Source of the DNA: Escherichia phage ZCEC14
Direction: 5' to 3' (one strand)
Length of the DNA: 64,000 nucleotides
Sequence record: OP168898.1
Made by a program: the position numbers and the translations under genes. The stretch's first letter is position 1. Each line of letters starts with the position of its first letter. The notes beneath the pieces were generated by a model. The model was given only the letters and a program-made list of their open reading frames with translations. It made no database searches and had not been told where the DNA came from. Of this stretch, positions 1 through 8,114 are shown in pieces.

Positions 1-312
1 AAACCAAAGCATCACGCCTACGGAATGTTCCAAAATTATTTGCCTACTATGCGAGCAAGAGTTAAGGAACTTGGTTATAATATGACCGATGCTGAAATAA
101 AAAGAATGTTGAATAAACGATCCAATTCAGCTTCCTGGGCGTACATTGAACTTTCTTATTGGTTAAATATACATAAGGGCGATATAAGAAAAGCAATATC
201 CTCTTATAATTCGGGATGGAATGTTAAAGCAGGTTCTAAATATGCTTCTGAAGTCCTAGAAAAGGCTAATTACCTTAAAAATAATAAACTTTTGGAAATA
301 GTAAATGACTAA
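1..312 (+). CDS. hypothetical protein, C-terminal portion (5' end outside window)
   Basis: Frame open from base 1 to stop at 310-312; track ORF 25-312 is its internal-Met part; weak SYNSGW motif. Confidence 0.45.
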   Translation, partial: KPKHHAYGMFQNYLPTMRARVKELGYNMTDAEIKRMLNKRSNSASWAYIELSYWLNIHKGDIRKAISSYNSGWNVKAGSKYASEVLEKANYLKNNKLLEIVND

Positions 313-652
313 AATTTTGGTTTTATGTATAGGATTAATTTCATTTTCTGCTTCTGCGTCAGCAGATACATCATATACTGAAATTAGAGAATATGTAAAC
401 CGCACTGCGGCAGATTATTGTGGGAAAAATAAAGCATGCCAAGCTGAATTTGCACAGAAATTAATATATGCATATAAAGACGGAGAAAGAGATAAATCAA
501 GCAGATACAAAAACGATACATTATTAAAACGATATGCTAAAAAGTGGAATACTTTAGAATGTTCAGTTGCGGAGGAGAAAGATAAAGCCGCTTGTCATTC
601 AATGGTTGACCGTTTGGTAGATTCTTATAATCGAGGATTGAGTACTAGATGA
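305..652 (+). CDS. small secreted/periplasmic protein (N-terminal signal peptide)
   Basis: 115-aa ORF; N-terminus MTKILVLCIGLISFSASASA; start overlaps upstream stop; lies in the vs/tk.x block by synteny. Confidence 0.6.
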   Translation: MTKILVLCIGLISFSASASADTSYTEIREYVNRTAADYCGKNKACQAEFAQKLIYAYKDGERDKSSRYKNDTLLKRYAKKWNTLECSVAEEKDKAACHSMVDRLVDSYNRGLSTR

Positions 653-1116
653 TTGTAAAATATATCAAGGGCGATATTGTCGCCCTTTTCGCTGAAGGTA
701 AAAATATTGCGCATGGATGCAATTGTTTTCATACTATGGGTTCAGGCGTAGCGGGTCAATTAACCAAAGCTTTCCCTAAAATTTTGGAAGCTGATAAATT
801 ACAGACTGAATGGGGTGATGTAACTAAACTCGGTTCTTACTCAGTCTATGAAAAATACTTTAGGACTCATAAAGCGTATTGCTTCAACCTTTATACTCAA
901 TTTCAACCAGGGCCAAATTTTGAGTATTCCGCTTTAATGAATTGTATGTTAGAATTAAATGAGTTTGGTGAAAATAAACTGATTAAACCTACAATCTATA
1001 TGCCTAGGATTGGTGCAGGCATAGGTAAAGGGAACTGGGATATTATTGAGGGGATTTTAGATACGTATTCCTCTAAATTAGAAATTGTGATTGTTGATTG
1101 GGAACCGTTATTATGA
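649..1116 (+). CDS. macro-domain protein (ADP-ribose binding/processing family)
   Basis: 155-aa ORF; Gly-rich loops HGCNCFHTMGSGVAGQL and IGAGIGKGNW resemble macro-domain signature. Confidence 0.65.
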   Translation: MIVKYIKGDIVALFAEGKNIAHGCNCFHTMGSGVAGQLTKAFPKILEADKLQTEWGDVTKLGSYSVYEKYFRTHKAYCFNLYTQFQPGPNFEYSALMNCMLELNEFGENKLIKPTIYMPRIGAGIGKGNWDIIEGILDTYSSKLEIVIVDWEPLL

Positions 1117-1325
1117 ATATACATTATCCACATCCATATGACCCAAAGAATAAGGCAGTAATTATTCGTCAATGGGAACGCATTTGTCGTACTAAATGTC
1201 CAATTAATAGTCCACATGATGTAGATAAAGATTACATTGGAACATTCGTTGAATATACCTTTATTGATAAGAAAGGTCGTAAACAGCACGTAGAAGAATA
1301 CTGCTTAAAGGTGACATGGTTATGA
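1113..1325 (+). CDS. hypothetical protein
   Basis: 70 aa from in-frame ATG of track ORF 1098-1325; ATGA overlap with upstream stop. Confidence 0.5.
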   Translation: MNIHYPHPYDPKNKAVIIRQWERICRTKCPINSPHDVDKDYIGTFVEYTFIDKKGRKQHVEEYCLKVTWL

Positions 1326-1528
1326 GTCAAACTAGTATTCTTAAAAATGCCCACTGTGAAAAGTGTAAATGGCCGGTTGTTTTTGCTTTATGCAACGATG
1401 AAATGGCTTGTGATTTCGATTATTGGTGCTATTGTTCTAATAAAGGATGCATCAATCATAAAGGTGAAGGATTTTATTCGGGATTTTATCCTTATCCAGA
1501 ATTCGTTAAAGAAGGTAAACCGAAATGA
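1322..1528 (+). CDS. Cys-rich small protein (possible zinc binding)
   Basis: 68 aa; HCEKC...C...C..CYC..C pattern; SD-like aaaggtga upstream. Confidence 0.5.
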   Translation: MSQTSILKNAHCEKCKWPVVFALCNDEMACDFDYWCYCSNKGCINHKGEGFYSGFYPYPEFVKEGKPK

Positions 1529-1698
1529 ATAGTTCTGAGCTACAATATGAAGTGTCACGTGAACTTGATAATTTAATTGAACTCGCTGCTAATAAAGGTT
1601 TTGCCATTGGAATTGGTCAAAAAGATACTGATCATTTAACTATGGAAATATTTAAGCAAAAGCGAATTATTTTAAAACTTCTGGAAATTAATATATGA
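1525..1698 (+). CDS. hypothetical protein
   Basis: 57-aa ORF below track cutoff; ATGA overlaps at both ends suggest translational coupling. Confidence 0.4.
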   Translation: MNSSELQYEVSRELDNLIELAANKGFAIGIGQKDTDHLTMEIFKQKRIILKLLEINI

Positions 1699-1880
1699 GC
1701 CTAAGCAAAGAACAAAAAGACAAACTCTTTTCTCTTATCCACGAAGTTATGGATAAAAATAGTGAATTGGAAAAAGTTTGTAATGAATGCGGTCCTTTTA
1801 GCGCAAATGAATACGAAGAACTTTCCAAAGAATTTGATAATAAAGAACAAGAACTCATTAATTATATAAATTCCTTATGA
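1695..1880 (+). CDS. small helical protein (xEQxxK family)
   Basis: 61-aa ORF; N-terminal SKEQKDKLF motif shared with neighbouring small ORFs. Confidence 0.5.
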   Translation: MSLSKEQKDKLFSLIHEVMDKNSELEKVCNECGPFSANEYEELSKEFDNKEQELINYINSL

Positions 1881-2065
1881 TTACTCGCGAACAAAAGAAC
1901 GAAATATTATTTTTAGTTGGTGAAATTATTAGTTTAGAAAAGGATTTGTCTTTTGAATTATCTTCTGATTATGGAGATGCCGAAACATATTACGAATTAG
2001 TAAAATCTATCGATAAAGCTGAAAATGATTTAGAAACATATTTAGAAAATTTAACTAAGGACTAA
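1877..2065 (+). CDS. small helical protein (xEQxxK family)
   Basis: 62-aa ORF; TREQKNEILF motif; paralogue of 1695-1880. Confidence 0.5.
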   Translation: MITREQKNEILFLVGEIISLEKDLSFELSSDYGDAETYYELVKSIDKAENDLETYLENLTKD

Positions 2066-2066
2066 A

Positions 2067-2648
2067 ATGGCGAGTTTAATTTTTACTTATGCAGCAATGA
2101 ATGCTGGAAAATCTGCTTCTCTTTTGACTGCTGCACATAATTATAAAGAACGCGGAATGAGTGTATTAGTTCTTAAGCCTGCTATTGATACTCGCGACTC
2201 TGTCTGTGAAGTCGTTTCTCGCATTGGAATTAAGCAGGAAGCGAATATTATCACAGATGATATGGATATTTTCGAGTTCTATAAATGGGCTGAAGCACAA
2301 AAAGATATTCATTGTGTATTTGTAGATGAAGCTCAGTTTTTAAAAACTGAACAGGTGCATCAATTAAGCCGAATTGTTGATACATATAATGTTCCTGTTA
2401 TGGCTTATGGATTAAGGACTGATTTCGCTGGAAAATTATTTGAAGGTTCTAAAGAACTTTTAGCGATTGCAGATAAACTTATTGAACTAAAAGCAGTTTG
2501 TCATTGCGGTAAAAAAGCGATTATGACAGCTCGATTAATGGAAGATGGAACACCAGTTAAAGAAGGTAATCAAATCTGTATTGGTGATGAAATTTATGTT
2601 TCTTTGTGTAGAAAACATTGGAATGAATTAACTAAAAAGCTCGGTTAG
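2067..2648 (+). CDS. tk: thymidine kinase
   Basis: 193 aa; P-loop AAMNAGKS, VDEAQF, C-terminal Cys pairs; matches T4 Tk. Confidence 0.9.
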   Translation: MASLIFTYAAMNAGKSASLLTAAHNYKERGMSVLVLKPAIDTRDSVCEVVSRIGIKQEANIITDDMDIFEFYKWAEAQKDIHCVFVDEAQFLKTEQVHQLSRIVDTYNVPVMAYGLRTDFAGKLFEGSKELLAIADKLIELKAVCHCGKKAIMTARLMEDGTPVKEGNQICIGDEIYVSLCRKHWNELTKKLG

Positions 2649-2657
2649 TGCAAAAGT

Positions 2658-2665
2658 TATAAATA
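2658..2665 (+). promoter_or_regulatory. late-promoter consensus TATAAATA
   Basis: Exact TATAAATA 26 nt upstream of ATG 2691. Confidence 0.45.
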
Positions 2666-2690
2666 GGTTTATCTAACTAAAGGGGTATAT

Positions 2691-2903
2691 ATGTTACAAT
2701 TAACTGAAAAGCAACTTCGCAATCTTACTGTGCTTCAATTAGATGAAATTCGTAGGGAAGTTGGAAATATCATTTCAGCTTTGCGTCGAGAAGTATCACT
2801 CAACCAATCTCCGGCAGACTATACTAGATTGCGAAATTTTGAAAAATACCTTGATAAAGTTAAGGCCGTGCATCGGCACAAAGTAAATACAGGACAAAAA
2901 TGA
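2691..2903 (+). CDS. hypothetical protein (rI.-1 position)
   Basis: 70-aa ORF with SD aagggg; immediately upstream of rI. Confidence 0.55.
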
Positions 2904-2915
2904 TAGGAGGCCTTT

Positions 2916-3209
2916 ATGGCCTTAAAAGCAACGGCACTATTTGCCATGCTAGGATTGTCATTTGTTTTATCTCCATCGATTGAAGCGAATGTCGATCCTC
3001 ATTTTGATAAATTTATGGAATCTGGTATTAGGCACGTTTATACACTTTTTGAAAATAAAAGCGTAGAATCGTCTGAACAATTCTATAGTTTTATGAGAAC
3101 GACCTATAAAAATGACCCGTGCTCTTCTGATTTTGAATGTATAGAGCGAGGCGCGGAGATGGCACAATCATACGCTAGAATTATGAACATTAAATTGGAG
3201 ACTGAATGA
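2916..3209 (+). CDS. rI: lysis-inhibition regulator RI (signal-anchor-release protein)
   Basis: 97 aa; N-terminal hydrophobic anchor MALKATALFAMLGLSFVL; matches T4 RI in length and sequence as recalled; SD aggagg. Confidence 0.8.
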   Translation: MALKATALFAMLGLSFVLSPSIEANVDPHFDKFMESGIRHVYTLFENKSVESSEQFYSFMRTTYKNDPCSSDFECIERGAEMAQSYARIMNIKLETE

Positions 3210-3592
3210 AATTCAGCGACTTTTCACAAAGTGGAAAACCTTCGAAGGCAGATGAATACTTAGGTTTATTAATGGCTGCACAAGCTTATTTTCATTCTGC
3301 GCATTTTGAAACTAAAAATTATGCTAGACACAAAGCATACGATTTTATTTTCTCCGAGTTGCCAGATTTGATTGATAAATTTGGTGAACAATATTTGGGG
3401 TATTCTGGTAGAAAATACACACCTTCAATTCCAGATGCCAGTAAACTTCCTACCGACACAATTAAAATGATTGATCGCATATTAGACCAATCTAACAGCA
3501 TTTATAAAGAAATGCCTCCAGCCATCCAAAGCACGATAGATGATATTACTGGAATGTTTTACCAGAGTAAGTATCTTCTTTCCCTCGAATAA
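3206..3592 (+). CDS. hypothetical protein (rI.1 position)
   Basis: 128-aa ORF; ATGA overlap with rI stop. Confidence 0.55.
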   Translation: MKFSDFSQSGKPSKADEYLGLLMAAQAYFHSAHFETKNYARHKAYDFIFSELPDLIDKFGEQYLGYSGRKYTPSIPDASKLPTDTIKMIDRILDQSNSIYKEMPPAIQSTIDDITGMFYQSKYLLSLE

Positions 3593-3596
3593 CATT

Positions 3597-3619
3597 AGTC
3601 TCCTTCGGGAGACTTTTTT
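3597..3619 (+). terminator. intrinsic terminator (UUCG-loop hairpin plus T-run)
   Basis: agtctcc-ttcg-ggagact followed by tttttt. Confidence 0.75.
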
Positions 3620-3629
3620 CATTTTACCG

Positions 3630-3659
3630 GTTTACTTTCCGTTTGAGCTGTGGTATTAT
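3630..3659 (+). promoter_or_regulatory. early sigma70-type promoter
   Basis: -35 GTTTAC 3630-3635, 18-bp spacer, TGgTATTAT -10 at 3654-3659. Confidence 0.7.
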
Positions 3660-3687
3660 ACAACTATCGGATAAAGAGGAGAACATC

Positions 3688-3876
3688 ATGAAAATTGAAG
3701 CACTCAATCAAGAAGGAAATATCTACGTCATCATTAATGGTGATTTTTTCGTCGACATGGATGAAGTTACTAGTGAAGAACTTGTAGAAGTTCTTAAGAA
3801 ACGCTATAGTATGTGTGATGAAGCTGCAACTCATATGGCGTGTGCAATATTCTCTCTTTCATATGTGGTGGAATAA
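3688..3876 (+). CDS. hypothetical protein
   Basis: 62 aa from ATG with SD aagaggag; track ORF 3643 start lies inside the promoter. Confidence 0.5.
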   Translation: MKIEALNQEGNIYVIINGDFFVDMDEVTSEELVEVLKKRYSMCDEAATHMACAIFSLSYVVE

Positions 3877-4079
3877 TGATTAGTATTGAACAAGCAGATA
3901 AAATTAAAGAATTGGTAGCTTTAATTCGCAAAGCAGATGAGGAACTTAGTGACTTTGCTTGGTTTTCGGCAGGCATTGCAAATAAAGGTATTGAAGAATT
4001 TGAAGCTAAAGTTGATAATGCTGTAGAAGCTTTAGATATGTTTCTTGATGAAATTATCGATCACAATACGAGAGTTTAA
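3876..4079 (+). CDS. small helical protein (xEQxxK family)
   Basis: 67 aa from in-frame ATG; [13 protein letters not shown] motif. Confidence 0.5.
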   Translation: MISIEQADKIKELVALIRKADEELSDFAWFSAGIANKGIEEFEAKVDNAVEALDMFLDEIIDHNTRV

Positions 4080-4081
4080 GT

Positions 4082-4276
4082 ATGCTGACACACGAACAGT
4101 TTGAAAAAATCATTAAATTAGCACGTGATGTTGAAATAGATTCATATCAATTAGCAGTTGAGCATTGTGAAGGATATTCATACGAAGGTATAGCAGCAGC
4201 TAAAAGAGATTTGGATAAATCTAAAGCTAAGTTAGTTCAATATCTTGAAATGATTAGGTGGAATAATGAAAACTGA
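4082..4276 (+). CDS. small helical protein (xEQxxK family)
   Basis: 64-aa ORF; MLTHEQFEKIIKL motif. Confidence 0.5.
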   Translation: MLTHEQFEKIIKLARDVEIDSYQLAVEHCEGYSYEGIAAAKRDLDKSKAKLVQYLEMIRWNNEN

Positions 4277-4439
4277 AAAGCAGATGTTTTTAATGAAGCT
4301 AATTGAAGAATATGCTAATGCAGTTTCTGACTATGAGTGTTCTTCTAGGGAAAGAGGCATAGCTTTTGCAAAGGAAGAAATGAAAATCATGGTTGATGCT
4401 CACACAAAACTCCAGAATTTTATTGAAAACGTCATTTAA
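4266..4439 (+). CDS. hypothetical small protein
   Basis: 57-aa ORF below track cutoff, overlaps upstream stop; codon walk ends at taa 4437-4439. Confidence 0.4.
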   Translation: MKTEKQMFLMKLIEEYANAVSDYECSSRERGIAFAKEEMKIMVDAHTKLQNFIENVI

Positions 4440-4441
4440 TG

Positions 4442-4471
4442 GTTTACAAGTTGGCAAGGTTATGGTATAGT
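4442..4471 (+). promoter_or_regulatory. early sigma70-type promoter inside stem-loop (PeSL-like)
   Basis: -35 GTTTAC 4442-4447, -10 TATAGT 4466-4471; inverted repeat gttggcaag 4450-4458 / cttgccaac 4475-4483. Confidence 0.7.
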
Positions 4472-4499
4472 AATCTTGCCAACTGCCAAGGAGAAGAGA

Positions 4500-4604
4500 A
4501 TGAAAGTTTTGTTTGTTGTGTATGTGATGATTCAATATAATTACCCAATGTTTACTTATAATCTGGTGAACAACATTATTGATATTATTCAAAGGAGCAT
4601 GTAA
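4500..4604 (+). CDS. leader micro-ORF (34 aa)
   Basis: SD aaggag 7 nt upstream of ATG 4500; stop overlaps next ATG (TAATG). Confidence 0.3.
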   Translation: MKVLFVVYVMIQYNYPMFTYNLVNNIIDIIQRSM

Positions 4605-4789
4605 TGACAAGTGAGCAGGCTTTTAAATTAAGAGAATTAATTGAGATGTATAGTAAAGCTGTTCATGCATCAACAGTTATTGATGAATCAGCTTTCTCCG
4701 GACATGCTAATAAGATTAAATACAAAACTCTTATGGAAGAAGCTAAAGTAAATCTTGATTCTTATATTGAAACTTTAATTGGTGAATAA
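4604..4789 (+). CDS. small helical protein (xEQxxK family)
   Basis: 61-aa ORF; SD aaaggag. Confidence 0.5.
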   Translation: MTSEQAFKLRELIEMYSKAVHASTVIDESAFSGHANKIKYKTLMEEAKVNLDSYIETLIGE

Positions 4790-4790
4790 C

Positions 4791-5057
4791 ATGAGCTTTC
4801 CTAAATTAGAAGTAGGCGATTTAGTCTTAACAAAATTGTGGAATGATGCTCAATCAGTAGAAATCTGTCAATATCGTGGAGCAACAGGTAATTTGATGTA
4901 CACGATTTATAACCCAGAAATTTTGTTAGAGTGTCATTTGGAACGCTTTATAAAAGACACCGATAGTATGCCTTATAGTGTATCGATTGTACGTAAATCT
5001 GATACAAAGGAATACTCTAAAATTTTAGAACAAATTCATGCCAATAAAAAGGATTAA
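4791..5057 (+). CDS. hypothetical protein
   Basis: 88 aa from in-frame ATG directly after upstream stop. Confidence 0.5.
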   Translation: MSFPKLEVGDLVLTKLWNDAQSVEICQYRGATGNLMYTIYNPEILLECHLERFIKDTDSMPYSVSIVRKSDTKEYSKILEQIHANKKD

Positions 5058-5058
5058 T

Positions 5059-5589
5059 ATGAAACGATTAGTACTAGAAGTTAGTTCACTTTTTGGTGAA
5101 TTGGCTATAGAAAAAGTAAATAATATGTATCGTTTGACGCAAGAAGACGATATGCTATATTTTACGCCTAGCGAAATTATTCATTTAACCCAAATTGAAA
5201 AACCATACACTGATAAAATTGTAAGCATTAATGATGAGCATAAAATTCATTTTTATTCTTTATGCCCAGGATTTAATATTGAAAGCGAGTCAATATGCTT
5301 ATCAATTAATAATTGGGATAATTTTATAGCTAAGATTAAATATTTCTATTATTCTAATGAAAGAAAACATGGTTTAAAATGGTTTAAAAATTGCAATGCT
5401 ATTATTACTAACGCTTGTAATCAAAATTATGAAACTGTTTTAAATGTATCAAAATGCTATGAAGAGGGAGATGTCTTAACTATTCGTCAATCGGTAAATG
5501 ATGTTAATGTTGTTGTATTAAACAAAGAAGAAGCTGTTTTATTAAAGACTTATCTTGATTCTGTCATTCCAACTATGATTTCAAAGTGA
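5059..5589 (+). CDS. hypothetical protein (duplicated family, copy 1)
   Basis: 176 aa; shares GFNIE(S/D)E and C-terminal YL(D/T)xVxPxM motifs with next ORF. Confidence 0.55.
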   Translation: MKRLVLEVSSLFGELAIEKVNNMYRLTQEDDMLYFTPSEIIHLTQIEKPYTDKIVSINDEHKIHFYSLCPGFNIESESICLSINNWDNFIAKIKYFYYSNERKHGLKWFKNCNAIITNACNQNYETVLNVSKCYEEGDVLTIRQSVNDVNVVVLNKEEAVLLKTYLDSVIPTMISK

Positions 5590-5595
5590 GGAAAT

Positions 5596-6117
5596 ATGTT
5601 TATTTCAAGTGAAAGTGGTTTAATTCGTGTTGAATTTAAAAATGACATCTTCCTTATTCAAGGAGATGATAATATTAAAATGAGTTATGACGAAATTAAG
5701 AAAATTTGTCATGCTCTTGAAAGTCATGGAAAAGTAAATGCTACTATCGATATAGGCGATTTATGGGTGACACTTTATGAAGTATCCGAAGGATTTAACA
5801 TTGAAGATGAAAACAACATCTTAGCTATTGATAAAAGAAGTGATTTGTTTGATGTGTTAAAAGTTTATGAACAGTCAAACGGTGGAAGAAAAGCCGTATT
5901 AATTTATCAAAAACCGCATTCATGTGGAACTGCTTCAATCATTTCAAATATTGAAGATGAAACTGATACTTATATGTGTGTTTTGAAAGCTGGCCGTGAC
6001 CGTCATCCGGATTTTATTTCTATTCGTCAAAACAATGAAGAAATTTCATTATCAAAATCAGAAGCTGAAGCTATGATTAAGTATTTAACAACTGTTACAC
6101 CTTCAATGAAAGGATAA
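5596..6117 (+). CDS. hypothetical protein (duplicated family, copy 2)
   Basis: 173 aa; SD gtgagg; paralogue of 5059-5589. Confidence 0.55.
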   Translation: MFISSESGLIRVEFKNDIFLIQGDDNIKMSYDEIKKICHALESHGKVNATIDIGDLWVTLYEVSEGFNIEDENNILAIDKRSDLFDVLKVYEQSNGGRKAVLIYQKPHSCGTASIISNIEDETDTYMCVLKAGRDRHPDFISIRQNNEEISLSKSEAEAMIKYLTTVTPSMKG

Positions 6118-6119
6118 TT

Positions 6120-6581
6120 ATGATTATTAATGAAAGCTCTTGGCACTATAAATTATTCAAAATGTTTAATGATGAATGGAAACGGCCTAAGACACTATGC
6201 GCGTATTTTTGGTCTATTGTTATTCCTACATTTTTCGTTTCTTTTTTCGGATGTACTATACTCGCAGGTCTAACTATCATCTGTGCAGAAATCATACAGA
6301 AATGGTTTATTTTTGGTAGTTTATGGACTCTTATTCCATCAGCATTTGTACTTGCCATTTTGCTTGTTTTACTTATTATTGGTTCATTTGTTATTCCTGC
6401 ACAACTGCATGAAAAATATAAAGATTATAAATGGAAAAAGGATTATGCTTTACATGTAGAAAATATTGATAGGGCGTATAAAGGTTTACCTCCTATTCAA
6501 CCCAAGAAATCTATTATCGTCGAATTTTTAAAAGCTCGTAAAGCTAAAGTATGTCCTGTTATTGAATATAAGGCTGAATGA
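6120..6581 (+). CDS. membrane protein (about 3 predicted TM helices)
   Basis: 153 aa with long hydrophobic stretches. Confidence 0.55.
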   Translation: MIINESSWHYKLFKMFNDEWKRPKTLCAYFWSIVIPTFFVSFFGCTILAGLTIICAEIIQKWFIFGSLWTLIPSAFVLAILLVLLIIGSFVIPAQLHEKYKDYKWKKDYALHVENIDRAYKGLPPIQPKKSIIVEFLKARKAKVCPVIEYKAE

Positions 6582-7591
6582 TGAAAACAGTAATGAAAAG
6601 CTATTTTGGTAGTCATCTTTATGGAACTTCTACTCCAGAATCTGATGTAGATTTTAAAGAAATCTTTGTTCCTCCTGCTCGCGATATTCTTATCGGAAAT
6701 GTTAAAGAGCATATGAGTAAAAACACTAACAACACATCATCTAAAAACACTAAAGATGATATTGACCATGAACTATACAGTCTTAAGTATTTCTTTAAAT
6801 TAGCAGCAGACGGTGAAACTGTAGCATTGGATATGCTTCACACTCCGCCTGAACTAGTAGTTAAATCTGATTTGCCTGATGTATGGAAATTTATCCAAGA
6901 CAATCGTTCACGGTTTTATACAACTAACATGAAAGCCTATTTAGGATATGTGCGCAAGCAAGCTTCTAAATATGGTGTTAAGGGTTCTCGTTTGGCTGCA
7001 TTGCGTAATGTATTGAAAGTAGTTAATCAAATCCCCGATCAGTGGGTTGATTACCGAGAAGATGGAACACAAGGACAACGTCGTACTAAAATTGTAGATA
7101 TTAAACATCGGCTTCCTGAAAACGAGTTCTGTGAATGGGTATTCCATAACCACGAGAAAACAGGTCCTCAAACGTTCTATACTGTTCTTGGACGTAAGTA
7201 CCAAACCACCTTGTCTTTAATCGAGCTCAAGCAATCTCTGAATAAGCTCGATGCGGAATATGGTGAACGTGCTCGTAAGGCTGAAGCTAATGAAGGTATT
7301 GACTGGAAAGCTCTGAGTCATGCTTATCGCGCAGGGTATCAATTGATGGAAATCTACCAAACAGGTGATTTGGTGTTCCCATTGCGCGAAGCCTCTATCA
7401 TTAAGCTGATTAAAGCCGGTGAATTACCATTTAAAGAAGTTCAAGAACTTCTTGAAGATACTGTTGATTTGGTTGAAGTCCTAGCCATCCAGGCAGCTAA
7501 GAACGGTATGCCTGATAAGGTAGACATGAAGTTCTGGGACAAGTTCGTTGAAGAGGTATATCTTGAAAACCACCGAAGTTATTATAAATGA
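6578..7591 (+). CDS. Pol-beta-superfamily nucleotidyltransferase-like protein
   Basis: 337 aa; N-terminal GSHLYGTSTPESDVDF fits the hG[GS]x9-13Dh[DE]h signature. Confidence 0.6.
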   Translation: MMKTVMKSYFGSHLYGTSTPESDVDFKEIFVPPARDILIGNVKEHMSKNTNNTSSKNTKDDIDHELYSLKYFFKLAADGETVALDMLHTPPELVVKSDLPDVWKFIQDNRSRFYTTNMKAYLGYVRKQASKYGVKGSRLAALRNVLKVVNQIPDQWVDYREDGTQGQRRTKIVDIKHRLPENEFCEWVFHNHEKTGPQTFYTVLGRKYQTTLSLIELKQSLNKLDAEYGERARKAEANEGIDWKALSHAYRAGYQLMEIYQTGDLVFPLREASIIKLIKAGELPFKEVQELLEDTVDLVEVLAIQAAKNGMPDKVDMKFWDKFVEEVYLENHRSYYK

Positions 7592-7593
7592 TA

Positions 7594-7616
7594 GGGAGCC
7601 TTCGGTCTCCCTTTTT
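7594..7616 (+). terminator. intrinsic terminator
   Basis: gggagcc-ttcg-gtctccc hairpin followed by tttttg. Confidence 0.7.
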
Positions 7617-7639
7617 GTTTAAAATGACGTCACAAAGTT

Positions 7640-7669
7640 GTTTACAAGCATAAAGCTTTATGGTACTAT
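7640..7669 (+). promoter_or_regulatory. early sigma70-type promoter
   Basis: -35 GTTTAC 7640-7645, 18-bp spacer, TGgTACTAT -10 at 7664-7669. Confidence 0.7.
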
Positions 7670-7704
7670 ACAACTATCAACTGATGTGGATTTGGGGGAA
7701 TAAA

Positions 7705-7854
7705 ATGAAAACTACGTTAATTGAAGTAAAAAAGTTGATTGACACAGAAGAGATTTCAGCTTGTTTTGAAAATTTCTTAGAAGATGCAACTGAAGATAAC
7801 GCAGTTTATCTCGCTCAGAAAATTATAGAAACATATTTGGAGCAGAATCAATGA
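7705..7854 (+). CDS. small hypothetical protein
   Basis: 49 aa from ATG with leader ggatttgggggaataaaATG; track start 7660 lies in promoter. Confidence 0.4.
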   Translation: MKTTLIEVKKLIDTEEISACFENFLEDATEDNAVYLAQKIIETYLEQNQ

Positions 7855-8114
7855 CAGTTTACGTAGATGTTTTAATGAATCATGGATGGAAACTTCGCGG
7901 TCATCCAACTAAAAATTGTCATATGTTCACTGATGGAGATATTGAAGAGCTTCATGAAATGGCAGAAGCAATAGGAATGAAACGCTCTTGGTTTCAAGAT
8001 AAACGCATTAAACATTATGACTTACACGCGCGCCGCCGCCAAAAAGCCGTAGAACTTGGAGCTGTAGAAGTATCTCGTCGCGAAGCAGTAAAAATTTGGC
8101 GAACATTAAAATAA
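7851..8114 (+). CDS. hypothetical protein
   Basis: 87-aa ORF, ATGA overlap with upstream stop; His/Asp-rich (HPTKNCHMFTD...HYDLH). Confidence 0.5.
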   Translation: MTVYVDVLMNHGWKLRGHPTKNCHMFTDGDIEELHEMAEAIGMKRSWFQDKRIKHYDLHARRRQKAVELGAVEVSRREAVKIWRTLK

